Part shown: piece by piece, positions 60,370-64,000 of the stretch
How the letters are laid out: every line of letters begins with the position of its first letter
Position numbering within the stretch: the first letter of the stretch is position 1
NCBI GenBank assembly: GCA_963727445.1
Contig: CAVSGI010000010.1
Coordinates: 704,001 to 768,000, forward strand
DNA from: an uncultured delta proteobacterium
GTDB taxonomy: Bacteria > Myxococcota_A > Polyangia > Polyangiales > B10-G4
DNA length: 64,000 bases
Reading direction: 5' to 3'
The notes under the pieces: model-generated
Told to the model about the DNA's origin: nothing
Database searches by the model: none
The model's input: only the letters and a program-made list of their open reading frames with translations
Translations under genes and position numbers: made by a program

Positions 60370-61344
60370 ATGGCATCCCCAATCGAAGCCCGAGAGAAGA
60401 TCATGGTCGTGGACGACGACAAGAACGGCCGGGAAGGGCTGTCGGACCTGCTCGAAGAGGAGGGCTTCGTCGTCACCGCCGCCACCGATGGCGCCGAGGC
60501 GCTGGCGCTCTTCGCGGACTTTCGTCCCGACCTCGTCCTGAGCGACATCTGCATGCCGAACATGAACGGGCTCGCGCTCGCGCGCGCCCTTCGCGCTTCG
60601 CCGCGGATGGCGGACACCCCCCTCATCCTACTGTCCGCCAGGCACGAAAAGGCGCGGCGCCTCGAGGCGCTGGAAGCCGGCGCCGACGACTTCGTGGCGA
60701 AGCCGCTGGAGCTGGACGAGCTCCTGGCCCGAGTTCGCGCGCACCTCCGACGCGCGCGCCGGCATTCGCAGGTCGTGCGGATGAGCATCATCGACGAGCT
60801 CACCTCCATCCTGAACCGCCGCGGTCTCTTCGAATTGCTCACGCAGGAGATCGCGCGCGCGAACGAGGACGGCACGCCGCTCTCGGTGCTCTACGTGGAC
60901 GTCGACGGCTTCAAGAAGGTCAACGACGACTACGGCCACGCGGCCGGCGACGAGGTGCTCAAGCGAACCGCGGACCTCCTGCAGGAGACCGCGCCGAAGA
61001 GCGCCTTCGTCGGCCGGCTCGGCGGAGACGAGCTCGTCGTCCTGCTCCCGCGATGCGACGGATGGGGCGCTGCTGCCCTCGCCGCCCGCGTGCGCTCGGT
61101 CGAAGGCCCGGACGGCAGCCGCATCACCCTCTCGGTCGGCGTCGCCACGCTTCAACCCGGCGAAACCGCGGACGACCTCATCGGCCGCGCCGACGAGCGC
61201 ATGTACGAGGAGAAGATCGCCGCGAAGGAGAAGGGACGCGGGCGCTCACCGAAAGCGGACACGAGCTACGTGCGCGTCCCGGGGCGGCAGACGCGCCGGC
61301 AGTCGCGCAATGGCTGGCGAGTCGGGGCGAAGAAGACCGGGTGA
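60370..61344 (+). CDS. Response regulator diguanylate cyclase (REC + GGDEF-type domain)
   Basis: MVVDDD, LSDICMP.MNG, AKP; DELT..LNRR, DVDGFKKVNDDYGHAAGD, RLGGDEL, RADERMY. Confidence 0.9.
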   Translation: MASPIEAREKIMVVDDDKNGREGLSDLLEEEGFVVTAATDGAEALALFADFRPDLVLSDICMPNMNGLALARALRASPRMADTPLILLSARHEKARRLEALEAGADDFVAKPLELDELLARVRAHLRRARRHSQVVRMSIIDELTSILNRRGLFELLTQEIARANEDGTPLSVLYVDVDGFKKVNDDYGHAAGDEVLKRTADLLQETAPKSAFVGRLGGDELVVLLPRCDGWGAAALAARVRSVEGPDGSRITLSVGVATLQPGETADDLIGRADERMYEEKIAAKEKGRGRSPKADTSYVRVPGRQTRRQSRNGWRVGAKKTG

Positions 61345-61450
61345 GGGCGAACGAGCCTCGAACGCGAGGAGCCGGCCCGGCGGCGGGAAACGCACACCGC
61401 CCGGCTGGTCAGAGCCTACCGGGTACTAGGTGGCCGGTCAGGAGAGTGCA

Positions 61451-61795
61451 ATGAGCAACGAACGAGTGGCACCCGAGACGCGCGGTGTGGCTGTGGAGAT
61501 GCTTGCAACGCTCGACCTGGGCCTCGAAATCGAGGGCATGGCCGGACGACAACTTCGAATGCGAATGGTCACCATCGAGCCCGGAGGCGTCTTCGGCCCG
61601 ATGCACGACCACGAGGACAGGCCGGGCATCGTCTACATCCTTCGAGGAACGATCACCGACCATCGCGACGGGCGCGCGACCGACTATGGGCCAGGAGTCG
61701 GCTGGCCCGAGGACCGCAACACCAATCACTGGCTCGAGAACCGAGGCACGGTTCCGGCGGTGGAGATCTCGGTGGACATCGTGCGGCAGGAGTGA
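61451..61795 (+). CDS. Cupin domain protein
   Basis: EPGG..GPMHDH.DRPG.VYIL.G, HWLENRG..PA; AGGAG RBS. Confidence 0.85.
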   Translation: MSNERVAPETRGVAVEMLATLDLGLEIEGMAGRQLRMRMVTIEPGGVFGPMHDHEDRPGIVYILRGTITDHRDGRATDYGPGVGWPEDRNTNHWLENRGTVPAVEISVDIVRQE

Positions 61796-61858
61796 CGACG
61801 TGCCCGCGCGGGCGATCCGCCTGCCTGGTTTGCGACGCCAGCCGCCTGTAGAGTCGCC

Positions 61859-62284
61859 ATGATGAGGGTCGGAATCACTCTGGTAGCGCTGGGCTTCCTC
61901 GCTGCGGTGGGCTGTGGCGGAAGCGCCGAAGTACGAACCTGCGACCCCGAGAGCGCATGCACGTGCACCGACGGCGTCGAACGCGCGACCGCGTGCACCT
62001 GCGCCGGCGGGTCGAGTTGCACCATCGACGGCGACGACATCGAGTTTCAGTGCGAAGGCAACGCCGCCTGCGGCCTGACCTGTGGCGCAGACTGCCTCAT
62101 CACGTGCCCGGGAACGACGAGCTGCACAGTCACCGTCGGCGATCGCGGCGAGGTCACCTGCCCCGGCACCGCTACCTGCGACATCACCTGTCTCGGTGAT
62201 TGCACCGTCGACGTGGCCGGGGCGGCGACCGCCAACGTCGACTGCGTCCACGAAGCCGATGGCGCCGTCTGCATGGTCAACTGA
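61859..62284 (+). CDS. Cys-rich lipoprotein (C.G...C...C repeats)
   Basis: Lipobox AVGC; regularly spaced Cys. Confidence 0.7.
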   Translation: MMRVGITLVALGFLAAVGCGGSAEVRTCDPESACTCTDGVERATACTCAGGSSCTIDGDDIEFQCEGNAACGLTCGADCLITCPGTTSCTVTVGDRGEVTCPGTATCDITCLGDCTVDVAGAATANVDCVHEADGAVCMVN

Positions 62285-62350
62285 GCAGCGGGCGACGCCT
62301 CGCCTGTCGCGCCGCGTCCATCTAGACCGACCGCCCGGCTCGCGAGTCCC

Positions 62351-63349
62351 TCAACCGCCTTCCCACGCGGCGGCATCGTTTTCCGAATCGTCGGCGCCAT
62401 CGTCCGCTGGCTCGGCAGCATCGGCCGGCGCGGGAGCCGGGGCAGGCTGGACGGCGGGCGGCGAAGGCCCCGGTGGAGGGGTCGGCGTCGGCGCCGGGGG
62501 AGCGGGAGCCGCGGTGCTCGGCGGGGGACCCGATGTCACGCGACCTCCGGGAGGCATGGCGAGGTTTCCAGGGCGCCGGAACTCGATGAGATTCAGGAGC
62601 GTATCCAGGTCGCCGAGGTCGCGCCCGAAGTCATCGGGGTGTGCCGCGTAGCCGACGATCAGCAGCACGGGGTAGACGTACGGGCTCGCCCCCTGTTGCA
62701 GCTTCCAGTGGGCGTTCGTGCGGACCAGGACGACCCGGACGCGTTCGAAGCTCGCGTCCTGGGACATCTGCAGCTGGTCGACGTTGGCCACGTCGAACGT
62801 CACTTCGTACGCCGGGAAGCCCGACACGACGAAAGGGTGTTCCTCGAGCACGCGCGTCGCGAAACGGCGTTCGACTCCCACCGCGACCGGGCCGATCTGC
62901 ACGTTGACGTAGCCTGCGCCTGCCACGGACTCGACATACTCACGCGCGATCACGCGCAGCTCGCTGTCCCGGCGTTGATTGCCCAGCGGCACCGACCGCA
63001 CGAAGAGCTCGGCGTTGCGCTGACGGTGAACCAACTTGAGATCGTAGCGCAGGACCCGCTCTCGATGATCGATGCGACCGTCGTCCTGATGGTCGAGGGC
63101 GACGGTGGAGAGATACCCAGCGCTCTCCTTCGGTTTCGGCGGCGATGTCGACATGGCGAAGTTGTCGATCCGCCACGCGGGCGACACGAATCCGTACCCG
63201 CTCGGATTGTCGGATCGGATACGGAAGCTCGCGCGGTTCTCGTACACGCCGTCTTTGCGGAGCTCCAGCCACGTCGGCCCACAACCCGAGCTCGTCGCCA
63301 TGCTCGCGAGCAAGACGACGTAGGTGAGCACCCCCTTCACCCCTTGCAT
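62351..63349 (-). CDS. Lipoprotein of unknown function with Pro/Ala-rich tail
   Basis: Lipobox SSGC; 332-aa ORF with high GC3. Confidence 0.65.
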   Translation of the reverse strand: MQGVKGVLTYVVLLASMATSSGCGPTWLELRKDGVYENRASFRIRSDNPSGYGFVSPAWRIDNFAMSTSPPKPKESAGYLSTVALDHQDDGRIDHRERVLRYDLKLVHRQRNAELFVRSVPLGNQRRDSELRVIAREYVESVAGAGYVNVQIGPVAVGVERRFATRVLEEHPFVVSGFPAYEVTFDVANVDQLQMSQDASFERVRVVLVRTNAHWKLQQGASPYVYPVLLIVGYAAHPDDFGRDLGDLDTLLNLIEFRRPGNLAMPPGGRVTSGPPPSTAAPAPPAPTPTPPPGPSPPAVQPAPAPAPADAAEPADDGADDSENDAAAWEGG

Positions 63350-63634
63350 CGTCCAACCCTACAGGAGGTAGCTATTCGGTTTCCAGTTCCCATCGAGAGG
63401 TCCGCCGTTCCCTGAGGGATTCGGACGCGGTTCGTCGTGCGTGCGTCGGACATCCTGATCCAGCGGCGGTGCAGGCGGGCGCTGCTCGACGATGAACGTA
63501 TCGCCCCAGAACATCCGGACGATCGACGCTCTTTTGGGCGAGGCGACGCGTGCTTCGTCTCGCGACGGTGCACGCGGCGGCACTTCGTGCTCGCGCCCGA
63601 CCTTGGTGGGCATCGTGGCACCACGTCCAGGCCG

Positions 63635-63793
63635 TCCGGTCACATCGGCCGACGTTACGCTCAACCCTCCGAGTTGTGACCGCTATCCGGTCACATCGGC
63701 CGACGTCGCGCCCAACCAACGGAGTTGTGACCGCTATCCGGTCACATCGGCCGACGTCGCGCCCAACCAGCGGAGTTGTGACCGCTATCCGGT
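63635..63793. repeat. 51-bp tandem repeat (3 copies plus fragment) with palindromic junctions
   Basis: Units start at 63636, 63687, 63738 and 63789; junction TGTGACCG-CTATC-CGGTCACA. Confidence 0.9.
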
Positions 63794-64000
63794 GCCCGGA
63801 TGAAATCGCGCGAACCTCTGCCCCTTGGCTCGTCGCCTCCTCCGAGCACGCTCCTGTCCGCTCGCCGACGCTAAGGGCACGCGCCCCCGGAGTCTTCGAT
63901 ACAGGATCCCGGCCCGCACGTGTAGCCGGGAGGACAATCGCAACCCCCTGCCGGGGCGCACTCCTGAGAGCAGAAGTAGCCATCGGCTCCAATCCGGCAA

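Noticed and set aside
63635..63793. CRISPR array
   Set aside because: Variable segments are only 15 nt and nearly identical to one another; only about 3 units; no cas genes in the window
63372..63992. 206-aa minus-strand ORF spanning the 51-bp repeat
   Set aside because: No RBS, motifs or typical codon bias; stays open mainly because the repeat unit is a multiple of 3

Overview
High-GC chromosomal window with the gene repertoire of a myxobacterium (Polyangiales/Sandaracinaceae-like; an inference from DUF1552, Ser/Thr kinase-PEGA, FHA-sigma54 activator and many Cys-rich lipoprotein genes). It contains about 50 CDSs and a His-Arg(UCG)-Lys tRNA operon with a terminator. Housekeeping genes include an E2 acyltransferase, a TrmH-type methylase, fhs, a RluA-family enzyme, hutF, rpmG, a PPTase and a RimJ-like acetyltransferase. 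Most notable: (1) a kinase/PEGA locus followed by four tandem paralogous lipoproteins with glycosidase-like five-bladed propellers; (2) an apparently split, order-reversed vitamin K-dependent gamma-carboxylase (HTTM)-like gene pair next to Glu-rich and Cys-rich lipoproteins; (3) a SARP-like regulator/TPR/OsmC/flavin monooxygenase locus with matching 12-bp-period operator-like repeats upstream of both flanking units; (4) several sigma54 promoters and many apparently leaderless genes; (5) a 51-bp palindromic tandem repeat near the right end. Four single-base +1 frameshifts in two genes look like sequencing or assembly indels. No transposase, integrase, cas gene or true CRISPR array was seen. All family assignments come from motif recognition by eye, not from database searches.
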